This document shows, in pieces, positions 8,922-18,387 of a stretch of 64,000 bases of DNA. How positions within the stretch are numbered: the first letter of the stretch is position 1; every line of letters begins with the position of its first letter. Both the position numbers and the translations under genes were made by a program. The stretch spans positions 5,197-69,196 of the forward strand of contig DAINCY010000001.1 of assembly GCA_036732145.1 (NCBI GenBank), in the 5' to 3' direction. Source of the stretch: Candidatus Dormiibacterota bacterium (GTDB lineage Bacteria > Chloroflexota > Dormibacteria > Aeolococcales > Aeolococcaceae). The notes below the pieces were generated by a model, which was given only the letters and a program-made list of their open reading frames with translations, was not told the origin of the DNA and did not search any database.

Positions 8922-9923
8922 GTGGACTTTCTCACCGGCCTGCACGGCGCTGTCGCAACCGTCCTCATCTGTGTCCTCCTCTTCATCGACGAGGCGGGCG
9001 TGCCGCTGCCGTTCATGCCCAACGAGGTGCTGCTCATCGTGGCCGGCCTGCTGATCGCAGCCGGCAGCCTCAACCCCTTCATCTTCTATCCAATCGCGTG
9101 CCTGGCGCTGTTCGGAGGCTCCTTCAGCGGGTACAGCTGGGCCAAACGGGTGGGTCCCAAGCAGCTGCGCCGGGTGGCGGGGATGCTCCGAGCCACCAAG
9201 GCGTACGACCGAGCCACCCGCCGCCTGGCGAACGCTGACGCTCGCCACCTCGCGCTGAGCCGCGTGATCCCCGGTATCCGGGTGTACGCGACGCTGTGTG
9301 CCGGCTCGGCGCAGGTTCCGGCGCGAACATTCTGGGCGGCCAACGTGCCCGCCATCCTCGGGTGGGTGGCGGTGATGACGGGCGTCGGCTTCGTGGTCGG
9401 CGCGCCTGCCGAGCACCTCCTGACCGCGGTTGAGGCCCAGCTGTTCAACTTCGCCCTCAGCGGGGGGCTGCTGGTGGCGCTGGGCGTGGTCGCGTACCGC
9501 GCCGCACGCCGGGCTCCGGATCCACGTCGTGAGCCGGCATCCGGACCCTTTTTCGGGATCGCGACGCGTGACCGCTACTGGCTTGCGTTTGCCGTCGACG
9601 CCGGCATCATCGCGACCGTCGTTGCCGGCTTTGACCGGATCACACGCGCGGTGCTGCACTTCAAGTATCAGATCCTCCCTGAGGGGAAGTACGACGTCGG
9701 GGTGATCGTCCTCGCCATGGCGCTCGCCTACATCGTGGTGAGCCGGCGCAGTTCCACAGGGGAGACGGCGGGCGAGCGGCTGTTCGACATCAGCTATGTG
9801 CACCGTGGGCTCAGGACTCCCGTGGCGCCCGACCCTTTCGACGACGAGGACGAGGACAGCGGGTTGGCAGAGGCGGTCGTGGTCATCGAACCGCGTGAAC
9901 GGTCGCCGAATGGTTCGGGATGA
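8922..9923 (+). CDS. Membrane protein fusing an N-terminal DedA/VTT (SNARE-associated) domain to a C-terminal RDD domain
   Basis: N-terminal ~190 aa match the DedA pattern (FIDEAGVPLPFMPNEVLLIVAGLL ... RVIPGIRVYATLCAGS). C-terminal region has RDD-family hallmarks (R..D...D start, RRSSTGETAGERLFDISYV end) and four hydrophobic helices. Confidence 0.65.
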   Translation: MDFLTGLHGAVATVLICVLLFIDEAGVPLPFMPNEVLLIVAGLLIAAGSLNPFIFYPIACLALFGGSFSGYSWAKRVGPKQLRRVAGMLRATKAYDRATRRLANADARHLALSRVIPGIRVYATLCAGSAQVPARTFWAANVPAILGWVAVMTGVGFVVGAPAEHLLTAVEAQLFNFALSGGLLVALGVVAYRAARRAPDPRREPASGPFFGIATRDRYWLAFAVDAGIIATVVAGFDRITRAVLHFKYQILPEGKYDVGVIVLAMALAYIVVSRRSSTGETAGERLFDISYVHRGLRTPVAPDPFDDEDEDSGLAEAVVVIEPRERSPNGSG

Positions 9924-10085
9924 CGGGACGACGACCAGCCAGCCGCTGCCAAATTGTTGCCGTAGCCGCGCCAGCTGCCACCCTCCACGGCCCGCCCGTC
10001 TTGGCGTCGCGCAAACGTCTCATGGACTTCGATCGCGGCAAGCGCTATCCTCTGTGACCTGAGGACGCTTCGGGAGGTTCGGGGG

Positions 10086-10271
10086 ATGGAAAGACGGCTC
10101 TCGCCGGAGAGCGAGAAGGCGGCGCAGTGGCTTGCCGACCTGCACGAGGATCTCCTCCTGATTCGCTATCCCACGCGCGTGGAGATGGCGCGCGCGGTGG
10201 GTGAAGCGGCGCGACGGGCGGAGAGCCTGGCGCGGCTCGAGTACGCGCTGCAGGGCCTGCGTCTGCCCTGA
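10086..10271 (+). CDS. Small hypothetical protein (61 aa, predicted helical)
   Basis: ORF only; no family recognised. Lies in an otherwise empty intergenic stretch. Confidence 0.2.
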   Translation: MERRLSPESEKAAQWLADLHEDLLLIRYPTRVEMARAVGEAARRAESLARLEYALQGLRLP

Positions 10272-10386
10272 CGCCAGGGTCGCCCGCGGCGGCATGGAGA
10301 GGCCGACCGCGGGACAAGGAACACCGTCGGTCGCGCCCTTTCCCCCGGACGTGCTGCTCGCGCTACGGCCGTCGCCGCGGACGACA

Positions 10387-10644
10387 CCTACTCCGCGAAG
10401 ATCTGATCCCAGGCGGCAGCGTCCTCGGGGTAGAACCAGCGTTCGAGCTGCTGTCCCTCGCGGTAGTGGAAGACGCTCACCACGCGTGTCTGTACATCGA
10501 CACCGCTACGTTGCGCGCCCATGATGCTCAGCGCGCAGACATGCCGTCGATGCCGATAAGGGCAGCCAGTGCGGCGTGATCGGCAGATCGGAATGCGTCT
10601 GCGGTGCGGCGATAGGCAAGCGCATTGGGATGCTCGCCGCTCAT
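10387..10644 (-). pseudogene. SnoaL-like (NTF2-fold, polyketide-cyclase-like) gene remnant with an internal deletion and frameshift
   Basis: N-terminal 38 codons (MSGEHPNALAYRRTADAFRSADHAALAALIGIDGM) end in TGA. The C-terminal 45 codons lie in another frame (VVSVFHYREGQQLERWFYPEDAAAWDQIFAE*). Both halves match the SnoaL_2 family and the middle ~50 codons are absent. The ATG overlaps the marR stop as ATGA. Confidence 0.55.
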
Positions 10645-11102
10645 CGCCGAACAGCTCGGCGACGAAGTGTGACCTGCGGCACCGGGCGCGAACTCATTGC
10701 TTCGATATTCGCGCGCATCCGCGCCAGAGCATGGATGAGCTGTTCGCGGGCGGCTTCGTCGACGCCTTCCAGTAGCTCCACCGACGAGGCGTGAACGATT
10801 GGGAGCATGCGGTCGACCAGGTGTCGGGCATCCTCGGTGATGTCCACCAGCAGCCTGCGCCGATCGTCTGGATGGGGCTCACGGCGCACCAGCCCGTGGC
10901 GTTCCAGGGTGTCGAGCAGCGACGTGATGCTGCCGCTGGTCTGTAGCAGTCGCTCGGCGATGACCTTCGGCGGCAGCGGTTCGCCGGCGCCCTCGATGAC
11001 GGCGAGTGCCTGCCACGCACTCGCCGAGAGATCGGCGACAGCCTTCCTCCGCCGATCCACCTCGGCAAGGCCCAGCGAGGAGGTGCGAGCGAGGTTCAAC
11101 AT
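10641..11102 (-). CDS. MarR family transcriptional regulator
   Basis: 154 aa from the internal ATG (MLNLARTSS...). Winged-helix MarR pattern (SGSITSLLDTLERHGLVRREPHPDDRRRLLVDIT). The long upstream extension of the ORF is not supported. Confidence 0.8.
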   Translation of the reverse strand: MLNLARTSSLGLAEVDRRRKAVADLSASAWQALAVIEGAGEPLPPKVIAERLLQTSGSITSLLDTLERHGLVRREPHPDDRRRLLVDITEDARHLVDRMLPIVHASSVELLEGVDEAAREQLIHALARMRANIEAMSSRPVPQVTLRRRAVRR

Positions 11103-11193
11103 GACCTCGCTCGCCGACCTGCTCGCACCCGGGAACTCCGCCTCGAAGTGCGCCGCCTGGCGGAGGGGCTCCGGTTGGGGCGGCGTCCCTCGG

Positions 11194-11481
11194 TCAGACC
11201 GGCTGCGCGGCGAGGGTTTCACCAATCACAACATGGGGCTCGCTGATCACACCGGCGGTCTGCATGACGGACTTCACTGAGGGATCCGCCATAAAGCCGA
11301 AAGCGGCCTCGCGTGACGGGCAGTCCATCACGAGCAGGATGCTGTTGGGGTCCTCCGCGCCGCGATACACCGCCTCGTTGGTGAAGCCGTGCTCACGCCT
11401 GACTGGTGCATGACCGTCGAATGCCGGGCGCCAGACGTCGTAGTCGCGAACCTGATGCGCGACGCTGATGGTGATGGCCAT
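11194..11481 (-). CDS. Small alpha+beta-barrel (ABM/Dabb-like) protein, first gene of the MarR operon
   Basis: 95 aa. Size and composition suggest a dimeric alpha/beta-barrel stress or antibiotic-biosynthesis monooxygenase-like protein. No catalytic motif confirmed. Confidence 0.45.
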   Translation of the reverse strand: MAITISVAHQVRDYDVWRPAFDGHAPVRREHGFTNEAVYRGAEDPNSILLVMDCPSREAAFGFMADPSVKSVMQTAGVISEPHVVIGETLAAQPV

Positions 11482-11518
11482 GGTGGTCCTCCTCGAGCTT
11501 GCCCGGTTCGGGATTTAT

Positions 11519-11560
11519 ACTTGATTTCAAGCTACTTGATATCAAGACTCATTGTCAAGT
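11519..11560. promoter_or_regulatory. Cluster of CTTGA-N2/3-TCAAG palindromes, putative MarR operator, in the promoter region of the ABM-marR operon
   Basis: CTTGATTTCAAG (11520-11531), perfect palindrome CTTGATATCAAG (11535-11546) and a third TTGTCAAG half-site. Sits in an AT-richer island immediately upstream of the minus-strand operon that starts at 11481. Confidence 0.45.
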
Positions 11561-12832
11561 GTCCGGCGGCGGACCCCAAGGCAATGGAGCGCTTCGGATG
11601 GCTTCGAGAGGCGTGAGATCGCCGCGGTGGAGCGTGGCGACGCACTCGATGTGGTGGGTCTGCGGAAACATGTCGACCAGCTCGAAGTCCTCGATCCGGT
11701 ACGGTCCGGACACGCTGAGCAGGCGCAGGTCGCGCGCCATGGTTGCGGGATCGCACGACAGATAGACGATGGTCGGCGGGCCGGCCAGTGCCAGCCAGGC
11801 GGCGACCCTTGGGTGACACCCGGCGCGAGGTGGATCGAGCACGATGGCGTCCGCGCCGACGCCGGCGGACGGCAGCGCGTCCTCCACCGCTGCCGCAATG
11901 TAGCGCACGCGCCCAGCGCAGCCGTTGAGCTCGCTGTTGAGCACGCCGAACCGAGCCGAGTCGCGATTGTTCTCGATGCACACCACCGATGCCCCGGCCG
12001 TCGCCAGCTCACAGGCGAGAACGCCGATACCGGCATAGGCGTCGACGATGGTGGTGCCGGCGACGTCTCCGAGGCCACGCAACGCCGATCCGTAGAGGGT
12101 TTCGAGCTGCCCCCAGTTGACCTGGATGAAGGTGTCCGGCAGGACGCGAAAGTCGTGGCCCCGCCAGTGGAGTGTCGTGGAGTTCGTGCTCCAGCGCACC
12201 TCCGCCGTCCGCGCCTGGGCATCTACAGCGGCGCTCGGGATGGCTCGCGTTGGGCGCGGCCGCAGCAACAGCTCATTGCCGTCCTCTCCAACCGTGAGAT
12301 GGAGCGCGGTCAGGTCTGTGGTGCCCGCGCCGCGCACCAGGCTGCGCAGCGCCGGCAGTGCGTCGGCGATGCGGGGATGGTGGATCAGGCAGTCGTCGAC
12401 GGGCACCGGTTTCCAGCTGCGCATCCGGTTGAACCCAAGCCGTGCGTCCGCCATGCCGGTGTCGCCGGGGATGACGTGAAACTCGCCGCGCCAGCGGTAG
12501 CGCCACGGATCGTCCATGCCATGGACGGTGATGTCATGCGGCAGCGCCACGTGCTGCCGGCGCATGGCGTCGCGGACGACGTCCTGCTTCAGCGTCAGCT
12601 GGTGTGCGTAGTCGACGTGCTGGAGTTGACAGCCGCCGCACTCCCCGTAGTACGGGCACGGCGCCCCCACCCGATACGGCGACGCCTCACCCACCGCGAC
12701 GGTGCGCGCAAACCACAACCTTCCCTTGCGGTGGTGGAGTTCCACGTCGACGAGTTCGCCGGGCAGCGCGCCGTCGACCAACAGGGCTGTGCCGTCATCG
12801 AGGCGGCCGAGGCACACCGCTCCGTGCACCAT
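11555..12832 (-). CDS. 23S rRNA (uracil-C5)-methyltransferase, RumA/RlmD family, with TRAM domain and Fe-S cluster
   Basis: TRAM domain with a four-cysteine cluster (CPYYGECGGCQLQH). Class I methyltransferase motifs (DAYAGIGVLA, VLDPPRAG). Start taken at the internal MVHGAVCLGRL. Confidence 0.8.
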   Translation of the reverse strand: MVHGAVCLGRLDDGTALLVDGALPGELVDVELHHRKGRLWFARTVAVGEASPYRVGAPCPYYGECGGCQLQHVDYAHQLTLKQDVVRDAMRRQHVALPHDITVHGMDDPWRYRWRGEFHVIPGDTGMADARLGFNRMRSWKPVPVDDCLIHHPRIADALPALRSLVRGAGTTDLTALHLTVGEDGNELLLRPRPTRAIPSAAVDAQARTAEVRWSTNSTTLHWRGHDFRVLPDTFIQVNWGQLETLYGSALRGLGDVAGTTIVDAYAGIGVLACELATAGASVVCIENNRDSARFGVLNSELNGCAGRVRYIAAAVEDALPSAGVGADAIVLDPPRAGCHPRVAAWLALAGPPTIVYLSCDPATMARDLRLLSVSGPYRIEDFELVDMFPQTHHIECVATLHRGDLTPLEAIRSAPLPWGPPPDT

Positions 12833-12902
12833 GGCGCCGGCGACGACGCTGAAGCGCTCCCCCCGGCGATGTTGCGCAGGCGCGATCGGAGGAGACGCGA
12901 GC

Positions 12903-14378
12903 TCAGGCGGAGAGTCGCTCACGCAGCAGGGTGGTGACGAGGGGGGCGTCGGCACGGCCGCGGGTGGCCTTCATCACCTGGCCCACCAGTGATTGCAGGG
13001 CGACGTCGCGGCCACCTCGAAAGTCAGCGCACGCCTTGGGGTTCGCCTCGATCACCTCCGCGATGATCGCCGCCAGCTGGTCGGCGTCGCCGACCTGGCC
13101 GAGCCCGCGATCGGCGACGAGCGCGGCAGGATCTCCCCCGCTGATGTACAGCTCGACGAGCAGCTCCTTGGCTGTCGACCCATTGATGGTGCCGGCCTCG
13201 AGCAGTCTGAGCAGCTCAGCCAGGCCACTCACCCCAAGCCCGCTGTCGGCGAGGGCCAGACGGTGCTCGTTGGCGAGCGCACCGACATCGCCCATCTGCC
13301 AGTTGGCGGCAATCTTGGCGGAAACGCCCGCACCCACCAATGCTTCGTAGGTGTCGGCGTCGGCGCGCGCGCTGGTGAGGACTCCGGCATCGTAGGCAGA
13401 CAGTCCGTATTGCTCACTGAATCGCGCCGCACGGGCCTCGGGCAGTTCGGGGATGGCGGCGCGGATGCGCTCCACAAGTTCACGGCTCAGCTGCAGCGGC
13501 GGGAGATCCGGCTCCGGGAAGTATCGATAGTCGTGGGCCATCTCCTTGCTTCGCTGCGACACGGTCGCACCTCGCGTCTCCACCCAACCACGGGTTTCTT
13601 GGACGAGAGTTCCGCCCCCGTCGAGGACCGCCGCCTGCCGCTCGATCTCGAACGTGATCGCTCGGTGCACGGCGCGAAAGGAGTTCATGTTCTTGACCTC
13701 GACCTTGGTGCCGAGCTCGGTTTCACCACGCGGTCGCAGCGACACGTTGGCGTCGCAGCGCAGCGAACCCTCCTCAAGGTTGCCGTCGTTGACACCGATG
13801 TACATGAGGATCTGGCGCAGGCGCACCAGATACTCGCGCGCCGCGTCCGCGCTGCGCAGGTCCGGTTCGCCAACGATCTCCATCAGCGGCACGCCGCAGC
13901 GATTGAGATCGATCAGGGAGCTGGTCGCCTCCTGGAGGACGTCGCCGGCGTGGTGCATCGTGCCCGTGTCCTCCTCAAGGTGAACGCGCGTGATGCCACA
14001 ACGCGTGCGCTCTCCGTCGACGACGAACTCAAGGTGTCCGTTCTGCGAGAGCGGAAGGTCGTACTGCGAGATCTGGTATCCCTTGGGAAGGTCCGGATAG
14101 AAATAGTTCTTGCGGTCGAACTTGGTGAAGGGCGGGATGTCGCAGTCGAGAGCGAGCGCGGTGAGCACTGTCATCTCCACCGCCTGCCGGTTCATCACCG
14201 GCAACGCGCCGGGCAGGCCCAGGCAGACCGGGCAGGTATTGCCATTGGGCGGCGCCGCGGTGTACTCGGCGCTGCAGGGGCAGAACATCTTGCTGCGCGT
14301 GAGCAGCTGGGCGTGCACCTCGAGCCCGATCACGACCTCGTAGCCGGTGTCGACGTGGGGCGGAGCCTGCACGGTCAT
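12903..14378 (-). CDS. gatB: Asp-tRNA(Asn)/Glu-tRNA(Gln) amidotransferase subunit B
   Basis: GatB N-terminal signature [13 protein letters not shown]. The ATG at 14378 overlaps the gatA stop as ATGA. The N-terminal 87 codons of the ORF are rejected. Confidence 0.95.
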   Translation of the reverse strand: MTVQAPPHVDTGYEVVIGLEVHAQLLTRSKMFCPCSAEYTAAPPNGNTCPVCLGLPGALPVMNRQAVEMTVLTALALDCDIPPFTKFDRKNYFYPDLPKGYQISQYDLPLSQNGHLEFVVDGERTRCGITRVHLEEDTGTMHHAGDVLQEATSSLIDLNRCGVPLMEIVGEPDLRSADAAREYLVRLRQILMYIGVNDGNLEEGSLRCDANVSLRPRGETELGTKVEVKNMNSFRAVHRAITFEIERQAAVLDGGGTLVQETRGWVETRGATVSQRSKEMAHDYRYFPEPDLPPLQLSRELVERIRAAIPELPEARAARFSEQYGLSAYDAGVLTSARADADTYEALVGAGVSAKIAANWQMGDVGALANEHRLALADSGLGVSGLAELLRLLEAGTINGSTAKELLVELYISGGDPAALVADRGLGQVGDADQLAAIIAEVIEANPKACADFRGGRDVALQSLVGQVMKATRGRADAPLVTTLLRERLSA

Positions 14379-15838
14379 ACGGCGACCAGGGGCGCTCGCT
14401 GCAGATGCCACTCGGTGGCGGCCTCGTACGCGGCGGCCACCTGGAAGACGCGTGCATCGCACAGACGCGGGGCGATCACCTGCAGGCCGACGGGCAATTG
14501 CTCGCTGAACCCGCAGGGCAGCGAGATCCCGGGAAGCCCGGCGAGGTTGACGGGGATGGTGAGCACATCGTTGAGGTACATCTCGACGGGGTCCTGGATG
14601 GCGCCGGTGGTGAAGGCCACCTTTGGGGATGTCGGACACACCAGCGCGTCGACCGTCTCGAACACCGCGTCGAACTCACGCGCGATCAAGGTGCGCACCT
14701 TCTGGGCACGCCGGTAGTAGGCGTCGTAGTACCCGCTGCTGAGCGCGTAGGTGCCCAGCATCACCCGCCGTTTCACCTCGTCGCCGAAGCCCTCGTCGCG
14801 GGTGCGCAGGAATGTCTCGGTGAGCGACGGTCGTTCCACCCGGCGACCGAAGCGGACGCCGTCGTAGCGGGCCAGGTTCGACGAGCACTCGGCGGGCGCG
14901 ATGATGTAGTAGGTCGACACCCCGAGGTCGGTGCTTGGCAGCGACACCTCGGTCACCGCTGCACCGAGCCCCTCGAGGACTCGGATCGCCTCGACGACGC
15001 GATCGCGCACCCCCGCCTCCAATCCCTCGCCCATGTACTCGCGTGGGACACCGAGACGCATGCCCCTGACCCCGTCGCCCAGTGTCGCCTGGGGATCGTC
15101 CATGGCGTCGGTGACCGAGGTGCTGTCGCGAGGATCGTTGCCACTCACCACCGCGTACGCTGCCGCGGCGTCCTCCACGGTGTGCGCGAACGGACCGATC
15201 TGGTCCAGGGACGACGCGAAGGCGATCAGCCCATACCGAGACACGCGCCCGTACGTCGGCTTGAAACCCACCACGCCACAGAGAGACGCCGGCTGGCGGA
15301 TCGATCCGCCGGTGTCGGTGCCGTAGCTGATCGGCACCATCCCCGCGCCCACCGCGGCTGCGCTGCCTCCGCTGCTTCCCCCCGGGACGCGCTCCACGTC
15401 CCACGGGTTGCCCACCGGCCCGAAGGCGGAGTTCTCAGTGGACGAGCCCATTGCAAACTCATCGCAGTTGGTCTTGCCCACCGGGACCGCCCCAGCATCC
15501 AGGAGGCGCTGCACGGCGGTGGCGGTGTACGGCGGCCGGAAGTTCTCGAGGATGCGCGACCCGGCAGTTGTCGGGTACCCCTCTACGCAGAGGACGTCCT
15601 TGAGCGCGACCGGGATGCCGCAGAGCGGACCTGCACCGCCTGGGTCGTCGCGCAGCATCTGCGCGGCCCGCTCGGCCTGTGTCTCCGCGAGCTCGTCGGT
15701 GAGCGCCAGGAAGGCGTTGAGCGAGCCATTGAGACGGCTCACCTGCGTGCGGGCATCATCGAGCAGGTTCCGTGGGGTGACCTGGCCGCGGCGCAGGGCC
15801 ACGGCCATCTCGGTCGCGGTCAGACCGGAGCTGCTCAC
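14375..15838 (-). CDS. gatA: Glutamyl-tRNA(Gln) amidotransferase subunit A (amidase family)
   Basis: Amidase signature [11 protein letters not shown] and the Ser-cisSer-Lys triad region. 487 aa. Overlaps gatC and gatB by 4 nt each. Confidence 0.95.
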   Translation of the reverse strand: MSSSGLTATEMAVALRRGQVTPRNLLDDARTQVSRLNGSLNAFLALTDELAETQAERAAQMLRDDPGGAGPLCGIPVALKDVLCVEGYPTTAGSRILENFRPPYTATAVQRLLDAGAVPVGKTNCDEFAMGSSTENSAFGPVGNPWDVERVPGGSSGGSAAAVGAGMVPISYGTDTGGSIRQPASLCGVVGFKPTYGRVSRYGLIAFASSLDQIGPFAHTVEDAAAAYAVVSGNDPRDSTSVTDAMDDPQATLGDGVRGMRLGVPREYMGEGLEAGVRDRVVEAIRVLEGLGAAVTEVSLPSTDLGVSTYYIIAPAECSSNLARYDGVRFGRRVERPSLTETFLRTRDEGFGDEVKRRVMLGTYALSSGYYDAYYRRAQKVRTLIAREFDAVFETVDALVCPTSPKVAFTTGAIQDPVEMYLNDVLTIPVNLAGLPGISLPCGFSEQLPVGLQVIAPRLCDARVFQVAAAYEAATEWHLQRAPLVAV

Positions 15839-16122
15839 TCCTGGATCGCTCCCACCTTGAAGTGCTGACCGTCGGTGTCGGGAGCGTTGGCGAGTGCCTG
15901 CTCCTGGCTCAGCGACTCCGCGGGCACATCCTCGCGCCAGACGTTGACGAGGTTGCCGACCTGGGCCGTCTCGGGAATGTCCGAGATGTCGGCGCGCTGG
16001 AGCGCCGAGATGTGCTCGAGGATGAGGTCGAGCTCGGCGCCGATGCGGCGTTTCTCCTGGTCGTCGAGGCCCAGCCGGGCAAGGAGGGCGACGTGGGCGA
16101 CCTCGTCGGGACTGAGCGGCAT
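15835..16122 (-). CDS. gatC: Glutamyl-tRNA(Gln) amidotransferase subunit C
   Basis: 95-aa GatC (MPLSPDEVAHVALLARLGLDDQE...) at the 3' end of ORF 15835..16587. Start placed at the internal ATG. Confidence 0.85.
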   Translation of the reverse strand: MPLSPDEVAHVALLARLGLDDQEKRRIGAELDLILEHISALQRADISDIPETAQVGNLVNVWREDVPAESLSQEQALANAPDTDGQHFKVGAIQE

Positions 16123-16192
16123 CGCTCCATTATTCGCGACCCATGCGCTTGGCCGTTCCTCCGCTTGCTGCCCGCGGCGGCGGCACCGCTCG

Positions 16193-16675
16193 TCAGCCGT
16201 CGGAAATCGGCAGCCATGTGAGGACCATCTGTTCAGTGGCTGCGAAGCCGGCGGCGCGGTAGGCGCGAAGGGCGGTGGGGTTGTCGTCGCGCGTCCACAC
16301 GCAGGCGAAGCTGACCACGTGGCGCCGAAGCAGCGCGACCGCCTCCGTGACCAGGCTGCGCGCCACGCCGCTGCCGCGCGCCTCCGGACGGACGTAGAGC
16401 TCAGCGATCTCCCCCTCCAGGCCCGTGCCAGGATCGAACAGCACCACCCAGCACACACCAACGGCGTGGCCTCGACGGTCGCGGGCGACCAGCAGGTGGT
16501 TCTCGCCGGTGAAGGTCGGGGCCACGCGAAGGCGCCTCTCAACCTCCTCGCGGGTCTCGTGCGGATGCGCAAAGTGCTCCTGCTCATCCAGGGCGAGGTC
16601 GACCAGCAGGGCGGCGACCTCCGGGTCCTCGCCGGCCATCTCCGCGATGCGAAACTCTCTGGCCACGGGCGGCAT
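16193..16675 (-). CDS. GNAT family N-acetyltransferase
   Basis: 160 aa from the internal ATG. Acetyl-CoA binding motif (RPEARGSGVARSLV) and GNAT fold pattern. Confidence 0.7.
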   Translation of the reverse strand: MPPVAREFRIAEMAGEDPEVAALLVDLALDEQEHFAHPHETREEVERRLRVAPTFTGENHLLVARDRRGHAVGVCWVVLFDPGTGLEGEIAELYVRPEARGSGVARSLVTEAVALLRRHVVSFACVWTRDDNPTALRAYRAAGFAATEQMVLTWLPISDG

Positions 16676-16707
16676 TGTGAGCGCGTGAGATCGGGTCTGC
16701 GGCGGTC

Positions 16708-18387
16708 CTAGGGGATTGTCGCGGGGATGGGCGAACCCTTGGCCCGTGGCGGCACTCCCGCAGGAGTGGCGGGCAGGATCTTTGTTGGGGGGAACACGCA
16801 GGCGGGCGTCAAGCCGGTGCTGAGGGTCGGACAGGTCGTCGGTGTGGGTGGCGGCGACGGCGCGGTGCCCCCGGCATATTTCCAAGAGGTCGCGTTCCAC
16901 ACCCAGGTGTCCGAGCCCACCGAGCCGCCTGAGCCCCCTGAGGACGCCACCGCGAAGCCTGAACCGACAGCCCCGCCGAAGAGGACCACGGTCCCCGACG
17001 GACCCGCGGCCATGGCCGCACCACTGCGAATGCTTGGACCGTTCGCGACGATGTCCTGAGTCCACTGACCAGCCGCGAACGTCCAGGTCTCTCCGGTGGT
17101 GGTGACGACCACGACATGCCCGGAGACCGCCGCCATCGAGGCGCCCGCAACGGACGGGCCGGCTTGGGGGGTGTACACCTGGGACAGCTGATTCCACGCC
17201 GTGCCCGTCCAACTCCAGGTGGCGACGAGATGCACAGGCGCCGGGCAGGAGGGCGTAGACGGCGGTGACTGCGCAGTCACGCCCGGGCACTGGTCGTTGC
17301 CCAGTCCGAACTGGGTCATCAACGTGGCGTGATCAGTGGCCGGATCATTGAAGAGCAGGGTGATCCGGGTCCCGGTCATGTGCAACGTCACGGCGGGCTG
17401 TGTGATCCAGTGCCCGCCTGACCACGTCCACGTCGCGATGGTGCCGGTACCCTGGCAGAGACCGACGGCGTCGCACGGAACCGGCGCGATGGCGGTCGTC
17501 GTCCCCGACTTCGAACCAGCGCCCAGCAGCGGACACGCGATCGCCGCGTCACTGGTTGCGGATTCGAGGGGCGGACCGCAGCTGAGGAAGCCGCTCGACA
17601 CCGCCACGACCTGCCGCGTGGTCGAGTCGAAGGTCAGCTGGGCGCCGCCGGACGGCGTGGTCGCCGAGGCGCCGGCGGCCGCGCGGTTCCAGCCGTGCCC
17701 GCCGAACAGCCAGGTCTGCTCGTTGGGCGCCGCCGCGATCGGCGGACAGGTCGGCGGAGGGATCGTCCCCGACGGAACCGGTGTGGGAAGGGTCGATGGG
17801 GCCGTGGCGATCGCCGGGGCCACGGCGGAGGGAACCGGGGTGCCACCGCTGGATACCGAACCTCCGCCAGTGGTGCCGCTGCCACTGCTGACGCACCCAC
17901 CTGCGCTGCCGCTGCCTCCGCTCGCCGGGGAAGCGGGCAGGCCGAGAAGCAGCACGCCGGCGTCGGCCGGGTCGTCGACCATGCGGACATCCACAAGCTG
18001 CCCTGGGCCCTTCGCCGCGGCGGTCCACGTCGAGCCGTCCCAGGTCCAGGTGTCGGTCAATGTGGTGCCGGAGCCGTCCGTCCCGCCGTACATGACAGTC
18101 ACTCCGGCGGCGGAGTCATAGGCCAGGGCGGCCCCCGAGCGTGCCGGCGGGTTGCCCGTGGAGCTCGCCGGCGCGCCGCCCTGCCTGGCACTTCGCAGAG
18201 CCAGGAACGTGCCCGCACCGGCGACCGCGAGGGCGATGGCGAGCACGCCGGCCACAGCCTGCGGCCAGCGCGACCTGGTGCTGGGTACGTCGAGGCCCGG
18301 GGTGCGAGTGGTGTAGTTGGCGGTCGACTCCGGTGCTCGCAGGTCCTCGAAGGCTGCGGAGAGATCGCGATCAGAGTTCTCGCTCAT
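16708..18387 (-). CDS. Anti-sigma factor-like membrane protein with an extracytoplasmic Kelch-repeat beta-propeller
   Basis: ATGA overlap with the ECF sigma gene. Short cytoplasmic N-terminus and one TM helix (AVAGVLAIALAVAGAGTFLAL). Pro/Thr/Ser/Gly-rich linker. At least five Kelch-like repeats with GG...W..W spacing (TWTWDGSTW, TWTWSGGHW, TWSWTGTAW, TWTFAAGQW, TWVWNATSW). Confidence 0.6.
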   Translation of the reverse strand: MSENSDRDLSAAFEDLRAPESTANYTTRTPGLDVPSTRSRWPQAVAGVLAIALAVAGAGTFLALRSARQGGAPASSTGNPPARSGAALAYDSAAGVTVMYGGTDGSGTTLTDTWTWDGSTWTAAAKGPGQLVDVRMVDDPADAGVLLLGLPASPASGGSGSAGGCVSSGSGTTGGGSVSSGGTPVPSAVAPAIATAPSTLPTPVPSGTIPPPTCPPIAAAPNEQTWLFGGHGWNRAAAGASATTPSGGAQLTFDSTTRQVVAVSSGFLSCGPPLESATSDAAIACPLLGAGSKSGTTTAIAPVPCDAVGLCQGTGTIATWTWSGGHWITQPAVTLHMTGTRITLLFNDPATDHATLMTQFGLGNDQCPGVTAQSPPSTPSCPAPVHLVATWSWTGTAWNQLSQVYTPQAGPSVAGASMAAVSGHVVVVTTTGETWTFAAGQWTQDIVANGPSIRSGAAMAAGPSGTVVLFGGAVGSGFAVASSGGSGGSVGSDTWVWNATSWKYAGGTAPSPPPTPTTCPTLSTGLTPACVFPPTKILPATPAGVPPRAKGSPIPATIP

